From Haliotis rubra (lineage: Eukaryota), in assembly GCF_003918875.1 (NCBI RefSeq), contig NW_025765103.1, positions 1,984,001 to 2,048,000 of the forward strand: a stretch of 64,000 nt of DNA, in the 5' to 3' direction. Below are positions 62,027 to 64,000 of this stretch, one piece after another. The notes below the pieces were generated by a model, which had not been told where the DNA came from, did not search any database, and was given only the letters and a program-made list of their open reading frames with translations. The stretch's first letter is position 1; every line of letters starts with the position of its first letter. The translations under genes and the position numbers were made by a program.

Positions 62027-62586
62027 CGTTCCCATCAATGACCCAGAAATATATCATTAATACTAGTACTCCACTGGTTTGTATACACTACGTTCCTCAA
62101 TGACCCAGAAATATATAGGCCGACCTGATGACCTAGCTAGCTCCGTCCAAAGGGAAGCAACAGAGAGTTCTGACTAATGAGAGTTCAGATTGCATCGACC
62201 AAACGGAAAGTCTCATGCCCTACAGCCTTGGGTCATCAGCTCTGTATATTACTTTAACATCAGGAAAGGTAGGGTTCGTTTGACTTCCGTGAAATAGTCA
62301 TAAATATAGACAACTTAACAACACATATTGGTTGCCTCGTGTATTTGCGGGTAATTGAGGAACACTGAGCATTCAAACCCTTGAAGCAACGCACTAGTTA
62401 GTGGACACTTATCAATCCCGGAAAGTAAGCTGCTTTAGTTGCATGAGATCAAAGATAAGCCAGGAACGAGTCTAATAGGTAACTGTATGAGAACAAATGA
62501 AAGGGCGGAGGAGAAATATTAGAAAGCCATCATAGAGACTACGTCAGTCCTGTCTACCGAAACATGAAAGGAAGAGAATAGGGTTA

Positions 62587-63816
62587 TACTGACGGAAAAA
62601 AGTTACTGTGCTTCACATAAAATTCAATAATATATATATATATATATATTTTAAGAAATTATACAATGTATCTTTCAATACATTTCACATGGGTATATCC
62701 TTGACTTAAAGGCCCGACCTACAACTTAGATGCTTGGGTGGTTGTTTGGAGATGGTTTCTCAGACACGTGTTTTTGATTGTTTAGCTAATAGGTGCTCAT
62801 ACAAAACTCTTTGTTAAATGACGCCGTAAATAATATCTACGCAATGCTACGGCTGCTATAACCAACGTCTACGTTGCAGGTATGCAGCAGACAGTAATGG
62901 CGACAGAATTGGAAGATCATCGAAAGATCAATAACAAAATAGTATCTCTTTGGAGACCTTATCTACAGCATGGCAACACTGAAGACTTGCCACGGGCCGG
63001 TCGTCCACGTGTGAGCTCACGTCAGCAAAACTACGATATCCGGCTGGTGCCGAATTGATACCGAAAACACTGATAGATCAAATAATTCCTTGATTGAGAC
63101 CAGTTACTGGAAGAAGCGTACGCAGCAGTAGAAGACAAGGCTGGAGCAGTATACCGTTCACACATGAGTCTAAGTCTGCACAGCCCTTATTGTCATGATG
63201 GAGCCTACGTGCATCCAGGAGGACGTATTACCGACGTTGCCAGACGTCGTCAGTATGTGGGTGGTTGTGTAACGGTATCTGGTGGCATCAGAAAACATTG
63301 CAGGGCCCAGCTCACCATTTTAATGGCGACCTTAATGGGGACGGCCTCGTTCAAGATCATGTTGCTGCAGTTGGGTGGACGTCACGCCACCTTGCAGGTG
63401 TTGTTACAGACGTTTTGAGGTAGCATAACATGGCTGTACCGCCATGGCCGGCTGTTTCTCCACACACCTCCCTTACTGAACATGGCTGGAGTGAAAACAG
63501 AACCAGAAGCTGCCGGTAACGCCAGCTCAGTTGAGCCAATCGTTGGTTAACATTTAAACATCACACAAGCTGTTTTCAATCATCCGGTGTCTTCAACACG
63601 TAGTCTGTATGAAAGCGAATGGTGGTCACATCCAGTATTACCTTTGTTAACAGAGTTGCTACACCATCTGTATTTAAAGGCATTTCACCGTTTCCTATTA
63701 CCAGATATTGGTTTGGTCAATTAAATGTTGTTATGACTAATTATTATTGTATTATTTTCAGTTTCATAACATTACAATAACTTTATATGAGGCACAGTTA
63801 CTTTTTCCCGCAAGTA
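62587..63816 (+). mobile_element. Heavily decayed Tc1 transposon
   Basis: TIRs GGAAAAAAGTTACTGTGCTTCACATAAA / TTTATATGAGGCACAGTTACTTTTTCC. Remnants DLPRAGRPRV, YVGGCVTVSGGI and GGHIQY. Confidence 0.75.
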
Positions 63817-64000
63817 TGTAAATAACATTTCAATATCAGAAATGTTCTAACTACAATACTAATGTGACTCACCAACATGCATATCCTTAAGACAGATGTC
63901 CTCGACACTTGCAAGAAATATAAATATATACAGTAAAGGTTCATGCCACCTGCTGTATATGTTAGTTGCAATGCGTATAACGAACTAGGGTTATAACGAA

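Noticed and set aside
62125-62240. Hammerhead ribozyme (CTGATGA ... GAAA)
   Set aside because: CTGATGA is sequestered in an 11-bp stem with TGGGTCATCAG, and no valid stem II/GAAA geometry could be drawn.

Overview
Eukaryotic, intron-rich and repeat-dense genomic DNA. It is most likely from a mollusc, possibly a gastropod such as abalone; this is inferred from MetaSINE-, Nin- and MESC-type SINEs and a secreted C1q-domain gene. Four host genes can be reconstructed by hand: a two-exon secreted coiled-coil + C1q-domain gene (-, 1905-5341), SAYSD1 (+, 10173-15559), COG2 (-, 18906-31170, 18 coding exons) and cyclin K/CCNK (+, 34563-44851). CCNK lies head-to-head with COG2 and has a clear U12-type minor intron. 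The most striking accessory element is a 4.2-kb internally deleted Polinton/Maverick-like element in the SAYSD1 intron (10944-15144). It has AGTAGT termini, a 5-bp TSD, a decayed protein-primed family-B DNA polymerase whose last codons lie inside the TIR, one orphan ORF and a 60-bp minisatellite, but no integrase, capsid or ATPase. A 4.2-kb IS3EU-like non-autonomous DNA transposon (5617-9790) carries a full-length DD34E Tc1, a satellite, a SINE and MITEs. Several satellites visibly derive from parts of SINEs or MITEs. Single-base frameshifts, several in homopolymers, interrupt otherwise conserved genes and suggest assembly indel errors. The long low-complexity ORFs in the ORF track are satellite artefacts. 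No CRISPR array, rRNA or true tRNA gene is supported.
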